Source: an uncultured Candidatus Saccharibacteria bacterium (lineage in GTDB: Bacteria; Patescibacteriota; Doudnabacteria; UBA920). From it: a stretch of DNA of 64,000 nucleotides. Numbering within the stretch: position 1 is the stretch's first letter; each line of letters opens with the position of its first letter. Below the pieces are notes generated by a model, which saw nothing but the letters and a program-made list of their open reading frames with translations, was not told the origin of the DNA and did not search any database. The translations under genes were made by a program, and so were the position numbers. Of the stretch, positions 49,218 to 59,144 are shown one piece after another. The stretch lies in contig CAZTCH010000004.1 in NCBI GenBank assembly GCA_964612745.1, forward strand, positions 29,382-93,381, given 5' to 3'.

Positions 49218-49577
49218 ATGAAAATTCTTATTTACTACCTCTTGCTCCTCATTGCCATAGCACTTATTACCGGCTTTAGCATTTCTACCAGTGGCAATAT
49301 GGCCATGCCACAAATGCTCGCACTTTCTGCTGGGCTCGTGCTCTATGTAGTCGCTCTTTCTTTTGTCGGAGAAGGCGTACCAGAAGACGAACGAGAACAA
49401 CACCACCGGCACATCGCCAACCGTGCTGCTCTTGTTGCAGGCACTATTGTACTTTGTTTAGGAGTTGTCACCCAGCTCTTTATTTCCCACCGCATTGACT
49501 ACTGGCTCCTCTTTGGTTTAGTTACCATCAACCTCACCAAAATAATCAGCCTCATCTGGTTGAACTATAAGAAATAG
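49218..49577 (+). CDS. hypothetical membrane protein co-transcribed with the XRE regulator
   Basis: 119 aa; 3-4 TM helices. Confidence 0.55.
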   Translation: MKILIYYLLLLIAIALITGFSISTSGNMAMPQMLALSAGLVLYVVALSFVGEGVPEDEREQHHRHIANRAALVAGTIVLCLGVVTQLFISHRIDYWLLFGLVTINLTKIISLIWLNYKK

Positions 49578-49597
49578 AGGGTAGAGAATAGAGAATA

Positions 49598-49630
49598 GTA
49601 AAACAAAAAACCGCTTTTGCGGTTTTTTGT
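49598..49630. terminator. terminator (AAAACAAAAAACCGC-TTTT-GCGGTTTTTTGT)
   Basis: Hairpin with flanking A- and T-runs. Confidence 0.7.
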
Positions 49631-49640
49631 ATTACTACCA

Positions 49641-49695
49641 CCTACCCTTCGGCCGTGAGCTCAGGGTCGAACGACAACCTAACTCCTAATTCCTA
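49641..49695 (-). repeat. conserved 55-nt 3'-UTR element (copy 2)
   Basis: See 2013-2067; lies immediately 3' of the uvrA stop. Confidence 0.7.
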
Positions 49696-49704
49696 GCCCC
49701 TACT

Positions 49705-52563
49705 CTAAAGCATTTTCTTCAAATACTGCCCTGTGTAGCTCGTTTTTACTTTGGCAACTTCTTCTGGTGTTCCCACGGCAACGACTTGCCCACCTTTGTT
49801 TCCACCTTCGGGACCAAGGTCAATAATCCAGTCTGCAGTTTTAATCATGTCTAAGTTGTGTTCAATGACCACAACCGTGTTTCCTTTTTCTACCAACCGA
49901 TTTAACACATGCACCAGTCTTCGTACGTCTCCAAAATGCAACCCTGTGGTTGGCTCGTCTAAGATGTACAGTGTTTTACCAGTGGAAGCACGAGAGAGTT
50001 CGGTTGCCAGTTTAATACGCTGCGCTTCTCCACCAGACAGAGTGGTCGCATTTTGCCCTAAGTGCATATACCCCAACCCAACTTCGGAGAGTGTATCTAA
50101 TTTTTTCTTGATTGCGGGTATATGCGCAAAGAACGTTGCACCTTCATCTACGGTCATTTCAAGTACATCGGAAATAGTTTTACTATTGTAGTGAATCTCG
50201 AGTGCTTCTCTGTTATATCGCTTCCCCTTACATTCTTCACAGGTAATGTACACATCTGGCAAAAAGTTCATTTCCACCTTCAACACACCATCACCAGAAC
50301 ACTTTTCGCACCGCCCACCTTTTACATTAAAGCTAAAACGTCCTGCGCCATAGCCTTTCATTTTGGCTTCTCTGGTTTCTGCAAACAAATCACGAATTGG
50401 CGTGAATAAACCGGTATAGGTAGCAGGGTTACTGCGTGGAGTTCTCCCGATTGGCGACTGGTCAATGTTAATAAACTTGTCGATATGGTCGACGCCCAAA
50501 ATTTTCTTAAACGCCCCTGGTTCGTCTACACTATCGTAAAAAAACTGACCTAAGTGCTTTGCCAAAATATCGTTTAGGAGTGTTGATTTACCACTACCAG
50601 ACACACCGGTAATGCACACCATTTTCCCCAAAGGAATATCCACGTTCACATCTTTCAAGTTAAACTCGGACGCACCAATAATAGACAACTTCTTGCCGTT
50701 GCCTGCTCTGCGCCGTTTTGGAACTTCGATTTTTTCTGTACCAGCCAAGTATCGTCCGGTGCTCGATGCTGTATTTTTCTCTACTTGCGCCGGTGTTCCT
50801 TCTGCAACGAGTTGCCCACCGTGCTTGCCAGCCCCTGGGCCAATGTCTATTAACCAATCTGCTTCGCGCATAGTTTCTTCGTCGTGTTCCACCACAATAA
50901 CGGTATTACCAAGGTCGCGTAAGTTTCTGAGCGTGGCTAAAAGCCGCGTGTTATCGCGTTGGTGCAACCCAATAGATGGTTCATCTAAAATATAGAGCAC
51001 ACCGGTTAGTCCACTCCCAATTTGAGTTGCTAGTCGAATGCGCTGTGCTTCCCCACCAGACAAAGTGTCTGCGGTTCTGTCGAGCGTCAAATATGACAAC
51101 CCTACATTAAGCAAGAAAGACAAGCGAGCACTTACTTCTTTTAATACAAGTTTTGCTATGGCGAGATCTTTAGCATTGAGCTGTTTTGGAAGTGCTTCAA
51201 AAAACTCTGCAGTCTGTTCTATGCTCTGCGCCGATACTTCCACAATCCCTTTTCCGCCAATGGTTACTGCAAGCACTTCTGGTTTTAACCGCTTCCCATT
51301 ACATGTTGGACATGACCGAATGCGCATGTACGTCTCTATATCTGTACGCATAAAGTCTGACTCGGTTTCGCCGTATCTGCGTTCTAAGTTCGGGATGACC
51401 CCTTCGAAGATTGCCACGTAGGAGTTCTGCCCGTAATCCATAGGCATCTGAATTTTTTTGTCGCCCGTACCGTACAAAATTATATCTATATGCTTTTTGG
51501 CAATATCTTTAACGGGTACTTCCAAAGAAAACCCGTACTCTTTCGCAAGAGCAGTCAGCACCCGCAAGTACCAACTCTGACGCCCCACACTTTTACTCCA
51601 TGGGCGAATAGCCCCTTCTGCCAAAGTAAGTTTTAGATTTGGAATAACCAGTTCTGGTTCTACAATAAGCTTATTCCCCAGCCCTTTACACTCGGGACAG
51701 GCACCATGCGGGCTGTTGAAACTAAAGTCACGTGGATCAAGTGAAGTCATTTGTACATGCCCTTCTGGACACGCAAAGTTTTGCGACATCATGGACTCGC
51801 CCAATACTTTTCCTGCTTCGTCTACGGTAAGCACAATAACCAAGCCGTCACCCATTTCTGCTGCTTTTTCTAATGCCTCTGTAAGACGACCACGCTCTTC
51901 TGCGTGCACGCTAATCCGGTCTACCACTACTTCTATAGTATGTTTCTTTTGCTTATCCAAAACACTCGACAGTGCTTCTTGCAAATCCATAACTACACCA
52001 TCTAGGCGAACTCTGGAAAAACCTGCTTTGCGGATATTTTCAAACACCAATCGGTGCTCCCCTTTTTGGTCACGAATAAATGGCGCAAGCAACATAATGC
52101 GCGTACCGGAAGGAAGCCCGAGCAACTGTTCGGTCATGGCGTGGAGCGTCTGCCCTGTAATACGCTTTCCACACACCGGACAATGTGGCACACCAACGCG
52201 CGCCCACAACAGACGCATGTAGTCGTAAATTTCCGTAACCGTACCTACAGTCGAACGCGGGTTGTGGGAAGCAGACTTTTGGTCAATGGAGATTGCCGGA
52301 GAAAGACCATCTATACGGTCCACGTCTGGCTTGTCCATGAGACCAATAAACTGCCGAGCGTACGCAGACAAAGACTCGACGTAGCGCCGTTGTCCTTCTG
52401 CATAAATAGTGTCAAACGCAAGACTCGACTTCCCCGAGCCAGACAACCCTGTAATAACTACCAACTTGTTGCGGGGAATGTCTATGTCTATACCTTTTAA
52501 ATTGTGCTGCCGCGCTCCACGGACAGAAATATATTTAGATGAGTCTTTGGTTTCTTTAGCCAT
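49705..52563 (-). CDS. uvrA: excinuclease ABC subunit A
   Basis: 952 aa; two ABC ATPase modules and Zn fingers. Confidence 0.97.
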   Translation of the reverse strand: MAKETKDSSKYISVRGARQHNLKGIDIDIPRNKLVVITGLSGSGKSSLAFDTIYAEGQRRYVESLSAYARQFIGLMDKPDVDRIDGLSPAISIDQKSASHNPRSTVGTVTEIYDYMRLLWARVGVPHCPVCGKRITGQTLHAMTEQLLGLPSGTRIMLLAPFIRDQKGEHRLVFENIRKAGFSRVRLDGVVMDLQEALSSVLDKQKKHTIEVVVDRISVHAEERGRLTEALEKAAEMGDGLVIVLTVDEAGKVLGESMMSQNFACPEGHVQMTSLDPRDFSFNSPHGACPECKGLGNKLIVEPELVIPNLKLTLAEGAIRPWSKSVGRQSWYLRVLTALAKEYGFSLEVPVKDIAKKHIDIILYGTGDKKIQMPMDYGQNSYVAIFEGVIPNLERRYGETESDFMRTDIETYMRIRSCPTCNGKRLKPEVLAVTIGGKGIVEVSAQSIEQTAEFFEALPKQLNAKDLAIAKLVLKEVSARLSFLLNVGLSYLTLDRTADTLSGGEAQRIRLATQIGSGLTGVLYILDEPSIGLHQRDNTRLLATLRNLRDLGNTVIVVEHDEETMREADWLIDIGPGAGKHGGQLVAEGTPAQVEKNTASSTGRYLAGTEKIEVPKRRRAGNGKKLSIIGASEFNLKDVNVDIPLGKMVCITGVSGSGKSTLLNDILAKHLGQFFYDSVDEPGAFKKILGVDHIDKFINIDQSPIGRTPRSNPATYTGLFTPIRDLFAETREAKMKGYGAGRFSFNVKGGRCEKCSGDGVLKVEMNFLPDVYITCEECKGKRYNREALEIHYNSKTISDVLEMTVDEGATFFAHIPAIKKKLDTLSEVGLGYMHLGQNATTLSGGEAQRIKLATELSRASTGKTLYILDEPTTGLHFGDVRRLVHVLNRLVEKGNTVVVIEHNLDMIKTADWIIDLGPEGGNKGGQVVAVGTPEEVAKVKTSYTGQYLKKML

Positions 52564-52858
52564 AAAGCAGTGAATAGTGGACAGTCGTTCGAGACCCTAA
52601 TGGGTTCTCAGACCCCCGAAGGGTGGGCAGTGACTAGTGGACCAACTGGTGCACTGTTCACTGATAACTGTTTACTGTTATTTATACTAACGTACACCTT
52701 AGCATAAAAATGGAAAAGTTTCAACTGTCTAAGGGTTTCTTAGGGTATTTACCAAGTTAAAGTTAAACAGAATAAAAAAAGAGCGGTGCGTTATTCAAAC
52801 ACATCGCCCGCAAGCCATAAAGACTTTTCAAAGAACAAAAAACTTAGGATTGCTAAGT

Positions 52859-52945
52859 TTATCTTATAGCGACAAAAATGACTGCCGCCCAAAACCCAGC
52901 CAGCGCCAGCACCACCCATCCACATGGAGTGATTCTGGATTTCAT
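52859..52945 (-). CDS. mini-ORF 4 of tandem set (28 aa, MKSRITPCGWVVLALAGFWAAVIFVAIR)
   Basis: AAGGAGG Shine-Dalgarno 6 nt upstream; single TM-like segment; hand-translated, below the ORF-track cutoff. Confidence 0.35.
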   Translation of the reverse strand: MKSRITPCGWVVLALAGFWAAVIFVAIR

Positions 52946-52956
52946 GGCTTGCCTCC

Positions 52957-53076
52957 TTATTCAACAGCCTGAACTGCTGTTGTGAATCTGTCAGTTAATT
53001 TGTGACCGCCGCGCGTAGCAGATAAAACCACTAAGCACAACGCGATTAGAATCAGAATTGAAACAAATGCTTTCAT
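52957..53076 (-). CDS. mini-ORF 3 (39 aa, MKAFVSILILIALCLVVLSATRGGHKLTDRFTTAVQAVE)
   Basis: Its ATG overlaps the stop of mini-ORF 2 (ATGA coupling). Confidence 0.35.
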   Translation of the reverse strand: MKAFVSILILIALCLVVLSATRGGHKLTDRFTTAVQAVE

Positions 53077-53210
53077 AGCACTACCACCGTTACCACATAC
53101 ATAACTATGGCGGCGGCGGCGCCGAAAGCTAGGGCTTTTGGGCTTCTGCTAAATATGGCGGTGACAGCACCACCAACGAAGCCAGAAGCTATAAATGATG
53201 CGAGATTCAT
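53073..53210 (-). CDS. mini-ORF 2 (45 aa, MNLASFIASGFVGGAVTAIFSRSPKALAFGAAAAIVMYVVTVVVL)
   Basis: CAGGAG Shine-Dalgarno upstream; two hydrophobic segments. Confidence 0.4.
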   Translation of the reverse strand: MNLASFIASGFVGGAVTAIFSRSPKALAFGAAAAIVMYVVTVVVL

Positions 53211-53235
53211 AAAACTCCTGTAGTTGTGTCAATTT

Positions 53236-53346
53236 TTACAGTAGCCAAAAATATGCAGCCACTGCGATTACCGTAGCCAAAAGTACGACTACGACAGAAA
53301 CTACACACCCCAATGGTGGTAGTTCTGGCCCGTCGCCTGGGTTCAT
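53236..53346 (-). CDS. mini-ORF 1 (36 aa, MNPGDGPELPPLGCVVSVVVVLLATVIAVAAYFWLL)
   Basis: GGAGGAG Shine-Dalgarno 4 nt upstream of the ATG. Confidence 0.4.
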   Translation of the reverse strand: MNPGDGPELPPLGCVVSVVVVLLATVIAVAAYFWLL

Positions 53347-53507
53347 TTATCTCCTCCTAAAGAGCCAAACAATAGGCTTTTGTGGCAGGTCAGCCGCTTG
53401 GCTGCCTGCGGGGTTTTATACATAACTACTCGCGCAAGTGCGAGTATTTATGCTATGGTTATACCACAATAGTCAACATTCGGCAATAGCCAGCACACAC
53501 CCCCAAA

Positions 53508-55553
53508 ATGGCCCAAACACTACAAAACCAAATAGTTCACTTCCCTCACGCTGCAGGATGCTACCTTTTTAAGGACGCCGCTGGAGTGGTTTTGTACGTG
53601 GGCAAAGCAAAAGACTTGCGAAAGCGCACATCGCAATACTTCGGGCAAGACAAACGACCACAGCTCCCCTTTTTAATAGAGGAAGCCACGAGCATAGATT
53701 TTATAGTAGCCCGAACTGAGCTAGAGGCGCTGTTTTTGGAAAACACGCTCATTAAAAAGCACAATCCTAAGTACAACATTAAACTAAAGGACGACAAAAA
53801 CTACGCGTTCATTGCCATTAACAACAGCACGCAAATCCCCCAAATTGGGTATGTCCGCAAAATTACTGACTCGGCTAGTTTTACCCCATTTGTAAATCCA
53901 TCCGCCTCTTGGGGTAGTGGCAAACACGAACGCAAACGGCTAAAAGTAACCAGCAGCAAACGAGGGGCATCCTCGTCTGCCGCTGACGAGGATGCCCCTC
54001 GTCGTGCAGCAACCCATCTCTTACCAGCTAATTCCTACTTCGGGCCGTACAGTTCGGTAAAAAAAATCCGCGATACGCTAGATTTTGTGCGGAAGATTTT
54101 CCCTTACTGTGCAAATACCGAAGTTGGTACGCGTCCTTGTTTTTACTACCACCTACATCGCTGTCCTGGGGTTTGTATTGGCGTAATTAGCTTAGAAGAA
54201 TACGCTGGCAGTCTTGAACGTATAAAACTGTTTTTGCAAGGAAAGACTCAAGCAATAAAGAAAGAACTACGCACGAGCATGCACGCAGCTTCTGCCAACA
54301 AACGGTTCGAGCTTGCCGCACGATTGCGTGACCAACTCAAGGCACTTGAGCTACTAGACGAACGACAGATTGCCCAGTTCCCCAGCAAAGTAAATTATGA
54401 CTTTATATCTACCGCAGAATCCGGTGCTTTGTGTTGTGTGAATTTGTTTAAAGTACGCGACGGCAAACTCACCGACAAAGAAAGTTTTGTGTACAGCCAA
54501 ACAACCACCGAGCAAGTTATCGAAGAAGAAAATACAAACCAAGTTGTTTCTTCTGCGGCCATGTTCCAACAAAAATTTGCCGAAACGTACTACGCAGAAA
54601 CAACAGACGTCCCTGCTGCGATTTTTACGCAACACGCATTCCCCGACCCTGACTTTATTACCGCCGTCCTCCAACATCGCACAACAAAGAAAATACCACT
54701 CAGCGTGCCCAAACGTGGTAAACAAGTACAACTCATTTCTCTTGGTGCAACAAATGCAGCAGAGTACTTGCGCAAAACACTCGCCACAGACGCTACCGAT
54801 GCCGACAAGCTACACGAAGCACTCGTCTTTCTACAGCAAACACTCAAGCTACCTACCTTACCCAGACGAATAGAATGCTACGACATGTCCAACACGCAAG
54901 GCACCAACCCTGTGGGAAGTATGGTTGTGTTTGTAGACGGCAAACCAGCCAAATCGGAATACCGTAAATTTAAAATCCGAAGCAAAGACACTCCGGACGA
55001 CTTTGCCATGATGCGAGAAGTACTAACTCGTAGACTCGCCAGAATGCAAAATGCAAAATTAGAAATGCAAAATGAAGAGCAAGAGACTTCTGCGCTCCCG
55101 CTCTGGCCAAGACCCGACCTTATAGTAATTGACGGTGGCAAAGGACAACTCTCGGCTGCTCTATCTGCGCAAGATTCATTTCTAAAAGGTATAAGCTATA
55201 AGCTAGCAGCTATTCCAATGGTTGGACTTGCCAAGCGCATAGAAGAAATTTTCCTACCAGAAAACCCTGTACCAATTATTCTGAATCACGACACTCCTGC
55301 ACTGCAAATGTTGCAAAGGCTACGTGACGAAGCTCATCGTTTTGGCATAACCTTCCACCGCTCTTTGCGCAGCAAACAAGCTACCAAATCTGCGCTGGAC
55401 ACCATTGCTGGAATTGGTCCAAAAACAAAAAAACTGCTCAAACAAAAGTTTGGAACAGTCAGCGCCATAAAAGAAGCGCTCCGCACAGAACCAGAAAAAC
55501 TGGAAGCACTCGTAGGTAAAGTAAAAGCAGAGATACTAAAGAAAAATCTGTAA
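53508..55553 (+). CDS. uvrC: excinuclease ABC subunit C
   Basis: 681 aa; GIY-YIG N-terminus (GCYLFKDAAGVVLYVGKAKDLRKR), UvrBC region, C-terminal HhH. Confidence 0.95.
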   Translation: MAQTLQNQIVHFPHAAGCYLFKDAAGVVLYVGKAKDLRKRTSQYFGQDKRPQLPFLIEEATSIDFIVARTELEALFLENTLIKKHNPKYNIKLKDDKNYAFIAINNSTQIPQIGYVRKITDSASFTPFVNPSASWGSGKHERKRLKVTSSKRGASSSAADEDAPRRAATHLLPANSYFGPYSSVKKIRDTLDFVRKIFPYCANTEVGTRPCFYYHLHRCPGVCIGVISLEEYAGSLERIKLFLQGKTQAIKKELRTSMHAASANKRFELAARLRDQLKALELLDERQIAQFPSKVNYDFISTAESGALCCVNLFKVRDGKLTDKESFVYSQTTTEQVIEEENTNQVVSSAAMFQQKFAETYYAETTDVPAAIFTQHAFPDPDFITAVLQHRTTKKIPLSVPKRGKQVQLISLGATNAAEYLRKTLATDATDADKLHEALVFLQQTLKLPTLPRRIECYDMSNTQGTNPVGSMVVFVDGKPAKSEYRKFKIRSKDTPDDFAMMREVLTRRLARMQNAKLEMQNEEQETSALPLWPRPDLIVIDGGKGQLSAALSAQDSFLKGISYKLAAIPMVGLAKRIEEIFLPENPVPIILNHDTPALQMLQRLRDEAHRFGITFHRSLRSKQATKSALDTIAGIGPKTKKLLKQKFGTVSAIKEALRTEPEKLEALVGKVKAEILKKNL

Positions 55554-55601
55554 ATACGCTTCGATACCACGGGTCCTTTTTACCACATTAAAATGAAAAC
55601 C

Positions 55602-55648
55602 GGTTAGAGTGCATGTTTCATCTGTCGCACACTAACCGGTAATTAGAC
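55602..55648. terminator. long bidirectional hairpin (ACCGGTTAGAGTGC...GCACACTAACCGGT)
   Basis: 13/14-bp stem between convergent uvrC and the secreted-protein gene. Confidence 0.55.
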
Positions 55649-55667
55649 TACCTCAGTCATTCCCCCT

Positions 55668-56027
55668 TCATTTTACCCAAGACACGTTGTATTTTGGGAA
55701 TTTTGTTTTTACATACTTTTGGATTTCGCTTCGTTGCTGGTGACACCCCTCCTTATAGCCGCGATATTGGTACGAGGCCTGTCCAGCTGGACCAGCAGCT
55801 TCTTGAGGGGAAAAACCAACGATCTCCACCTTGTTTTTTGTCACATACAAAAGCAATTGCGCACCCTTGTATAGAACATCTGTTTTTATGTTGTCGCGAT
55901 TCGGCGTCGTGAAGATGCCGATTTCTCCAACGCAACTAACTGGTGGAGCTTCGTCCTGAGCATTCACTACAACTGCAAAGCAGCTTGTGAAAGTCAGCAC
56001 CAACACCAACTTGAACACTAATTTCAT
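55668..56027 (-). CDS. hypothetical secreted protein (signal peptide)
   Basis: 119 aa; N-terminal signal peptide; no motif recognised. Confidence 0.5.
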   Translation of the reverse strand: MKLVFKLVLVLTFTSCFAVVVNAQDEAPPVSCVGEIGIFTTPNRDNIKTDVLYKGAQLLLYVTKNKVEIVGFSPQEAAGPAGQASYQYRGYKEGCHQQRSEIQKYVKTKFPKYNVSWVK

Positions 56028-56095
56028 CTCTAACTCCCTCGGAATAGGTCAAGGCTGCAGTTGCCCTGAGATGTTTTTTATTTTTAGCCAATCAC

Positions 56096-56845
56096 CTACA
56101 AAGGCAGCTTTGCCAAGCCGTGATGGTAAGAGTAAATTGCCAGCTCAAAGCGGTCACCCACATCAAGCTTGGCAAAAATCGAAGACAAGTGATGCCGAAC
56201 GGTAATAACACTCAGCGAGAGCCGGTCGGCAATTTGTTGATTGCGCAAACCCTCACCGAGTAAACCAATAACTTCTCGCTCGCGTTCAGTAAGCTGTGCA
56301 ATCTTGGCTGCTTCGTCAGGTTCGCTTGAACCCGCTTGTTGCCAAGTTTGTACTATTTGCACAGCCTGTGACCCTATAGCTTGAGCTGTTGGCACGTCAG
56401 ATTGTTTGGTAGTCCACAGATCAGACAACATTCTTGCGGCCAACGCTCCATCTACCCATACTTCACCAGCATGGACTTTTGTTATAGCAGCCACCAGAGC
56501 TTCACTGGAATCCGTTTTTCGAACAATGCCGTATGCGCCAATCATTACGATTTTGTACAACATGCCTAAGTCGCGCACGCCAGTCAAAACCAAAATTTTA
56601 GCTAGGGGCATTTTTTCCAGTAACTTTGGAATACAGTCAAAATCTAGCCCCCCATCTTTTTGATGGATGTCAAGCAAAATTACATCTGGTTGGTAGTGCG
56701 CAGCAGACGCCCCACCAAGTTCTTCTAACGTTAATTGAGCTACAACTTGGAATCTTTGTGATTCAAGCAGTAGCACTAAGCCAGCACGCATGACTCCTTC
56801 GCCTTGCACGACTAGAACCTTTATGGCAGGTGCGATAGCAGACAT
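56096..56845 (-). CDS. LuxR/NarL-family response regulator with an atypical receiver (acidic pocket replaced, VVQGEG)
   Basis: REC-like N-terminus with conserved LLD and T/K positions; C-terminal LuxR HTH (LTEREREVIGLLGEGLRNQQIADRLSLSVITVRHHL). Confidence 0.75.
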   Translation of the reverse strand: MSAIAPAIKVLVVQGEGVMRAGLVLLLESQRFQVVAQLTLEELGGASAAHYQPDVILLDIHQKDGGLDFDCIPKLLEKMPLAKILVLTGVRDLGMLYKIVMIGAYGIVRKTDSSEALVAAITKVHAGEVWVDGALAARMLSDLWTTKQSDVPTAQAIGSQAVQIVQTWQQAGSSEPDEAAKIAQLTEREREVIGLLGEGLRNQQIADRLSLSVITVRHHLSSIFAKLDVGDRFELAIYSYHHGLAKLPL

Positions 56846-57094
56846 AGTCCCCCCTATTTTGATGCATTCTAAATCTGTATCTACGAAGCTGTATACGAGA
56901 AGCTTCGAGTACCGTTTGAAGTAGGCGCGATTGCCTGCCCCAAATTAGAACTCGAAAACGCCAGAAACCCTAAACAAGAAAACATACTATACCATATATC
57001 CACAAAAAATACAAGATTGACCAGAACCCCAATTTTCCAGTATGCTAAATGTGCTTTAGTTGGAATTTTCTATTCATAAGTCACTTTCCACTAT

Positions 57095-57343
57095 TTGTTT
57101 AATTCCATGAAACTTCTCCCTCAGATAATCCAGCTAGCAAACATTATTTCAATGGTTTTGCTTATCATTTTCATTACTTTGCAAAACCGCTCTCAGGGGC
57201 TTTCCACCGTTTTTGGTGGTTCCGGTACTATTACCGGTAGTCGCCGTGGGTTTGAAAAATGGTTGTTTTACGCAACTATTGTGGTAGCAATTCTTTTTTG
57301 CGGACTTAGCATTGCCAGCATCTTGATTGCTGTCAAAGCCTAA
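57095..57343 (+). CDS. secG: preprotein translocase subunit SecG
   Basis: Two TM helices flanking a Gly-rich loop (QGLSTVFGGSGTITGSRRG). The start may be the ATG at 57107. Confidence 0.75.
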   Translation: MFNSMKLLPQIIQLANIISMVLLIIFITLQNRSQGLSTVFGGSGTITGSRRGFEKWLFYATIVVAILFCGLSIASILIAVKA

Positions 57344-57349
57344 CCTTTT

Positions 57350-59044
57350 GTGAGGACATACACTATCCCCCACATATCCATACCGAAACTTTCCACCATT
57401 CGGAAAGTTTTTTCACTCTTACAGCCAGCAGAAAAATGGCTGGTCATGTTTTTATGCGTCACCATAATCCTCACTGGATTTTGGAATTGGCGTATTTTTT
57501 ATGCACGACACACGACGAGCATTCCTACTACTGGCGGCAGCATCACCGAAGGTGTGGTTGGACAACCAGAAGTAATCAACCCACTTCTCGCCACCACCCC
57601 CACAGACGAAGCTCTGGTACGCGCACTGTTCAGTGGTCTGTACCGCTACAACGAAGTGGGCCAAATCGTTCCCGACCTTGCTGCTGCTCTTCCAGAAATA
57701 AGCCCAGATGGCAAACAGTACCGCATTACTCTGCAAAACGATTTGCACTGGCATGATGGAGCACCACTCACCGCAAACGATGTGCTTTTTACTATTGCCC
57801 AAATCCAAAACGAAGCAATTGGCAGCCCACACAGAGAAGCTTGGCTTTCTACCACAGTGCAAAAGATAGACGACGTAACTGTAGTCTTTACCACCAAAGA
57901 AGTCAGTGGCCCATTTTTGCACAACCTAACTCTCCCACTCCTTTCTGAGCGAGCGTGGAAGACAATACCTGCAAGCCAATACAAACAATCGAGCAACAAC
58001 TTAAAACCAATTGGCAATGGTCCATTTAGCTTTGACCAAATAAAGAAAAACCCGACAGGGCAATACAGCATGCTCATTTTAAAACGGTTTGCCTTACACC
58101 CACGAGCGCCACACATAGACGAACTTCGTATTGCATTTTACGAAAACAGTTCAGACCTTACCCAAGCGTTTATTAACGGTAACGTCCAGCTTGTCGGTAG
58201 CATTGCTAGTGAAGCACCTGCAGAACTGGTAGAAACCCGTGCGAAACAAACCACCAGTCTGCTTGCGCAATATCAAGCTGCATTCTTCAACACCGAACGA
58301 CCAGTGCTCAAAGAGTTAGCTGTTCGCAAAGCGTTACGCATGGCAGTAGACAGCACTGCTATTGCAACTACAGCTTGGCAAAACAAAAACCGTGCGATTT
58401 CAGAAACACCATTTGGGCTCATGCTGGGCACAGTCAAAACCGCGCAGAGTAATGCAGCAACCGCCGCACAAATACTGGAAAATGCTGGGTGGCGCAAAAA
58501 CGCGCAAGGCATTCGTAGTAAAGGTGGCACCGCGCTCACTTTACACCTCTACACGAGCAGTAACCCTTCGTTCCGAGCAGCTGCTGAACTCCTCGCAGAA
58601 ACATGGAAACCACTTGGCGTACAAGTGATTGTGCATGCCGTACCCACGAACACGCTCATTGCCGAACATGTCCGCCCACGAGAATATGACATTTTACTAT
58701 TTTCACAACGCACAAGTGTAGACCCTGACCCTTTTGCATTTTGGCATTCTAGCCAAACCAAAGACCCTGGGCTGAACGTGTCCAACTTTGCCTCAAACGA
58801 AGCAGACCAGCTGATTACCGCAGCACGCAAAAATACCAACATAGCACTGCGCACTCCACTGTACGACCAACTCAAAGGCTTACTCGACACCCAAATCCCC
58901 GCCCTATACCTTACACAAGTTCAGTACACCTACTTCTCCAAAGATACAGTCACCACCCCTAGCATGAGTGGGTTACCTGACCCCAGCTGGCGCATGTCGT
59001 TTCTGTCTGATTTTTACGCTGAACAAAGCAGACGCTGGAAGTAA
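57350..59044 (+). CDS. ABC-transporter family-5 substrate-binding protein (Opp/Dpp-like), membrane anchored
   Basis: 564 aa; N-terminal TM anchor followed by an SBP_bac_5-like domain (RYNEVGQIVPDLA...). Confidence 0.8.
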   Translation: MRTYTIPHISIPKLSTIRKVFSLLQPAEKWLVMFLCVTIILTGFWNWRIFYARHTTSIPTTGGSITEGVVGQPEVINPLLATTPTDEALVRALFSGLYRYNEVGQIVPDLAAALPEISPDGKQYRITLQNDLHWHDGAPLTANDVLFTIAQIQNEAIGSPHREAWLSTTVQKIDDVTVVFTTKEVSGPFLHNLTLPLLSERAWKTIPASQYKQSSNNLKPIGNGPFSFDQIKKNPTGQYSMLILKRFALHPRAPHIDELRIAFYENSSDLTQAFINGNVQLVGSIASEAPAELVETRAKQTTSLLAQYQAAFFNTERPVLKELAVRKALRMAVDSTAIATTAWQNKNRAISETPFGLMLGTVKTAQSNAATAAQILENAGWRKNAQGIRSKGGTALTLHLYTSSNPSFRAAAELLAETWKPLGVQVIVHAVPTNTLIAEHVRPREYDILLFSQRTSVDPDPFAFWHSSQTKDPGLNVSNFASNEADQLITAARKNTNIALRTPLYDQLKGLLDTQIPALYLTQVQYTYFSKDTVTTPSMSGLPDPSWRMSFLSDFYAEQSRRWK

Positions 59045-59105
59045 CATATTGGCAGAGCTAGTATTCTTCGGCTATACTACACACTGTTGCGATAGCTAGG
59101 CTTTT

Positions 59106-59143
59106 GCCCAGGTGGTGGAATTGGTATGGTAGCGTATAAATGA
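59106..59143 (+). repeat. degenerate duplicate of a Leu-type tRNA 5' portion (GCCCAGGTGGTGGAATTGGTATGGTAGCG)
   Basis: Shares TGGTGGAATTGGTAT with the tRNA-Leu D-arm 34 nt downstream. Its 5' acceptor strand GCCCAGG is complementary to the TTCTGGGC 3' acceptor strand in unit X at 59296-59303. Confidence 0.5.
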
Positions 59144-59144
59144 T

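Noticed and set aside
52925-52950. GGAGTGATTCTGGATTTCATGG resembles the tmRNA 5' end (GGGGCUGAUUCUGGAUUCGACGG)
   Set aside because: There is no tRNA-like 3' end (T-arm/ACCA) within 400 nt on either strand and no plausible tag-peptide reading frame. The match is confined to about 11 nt, which code for mini-ORF 4 on the opposite strand.
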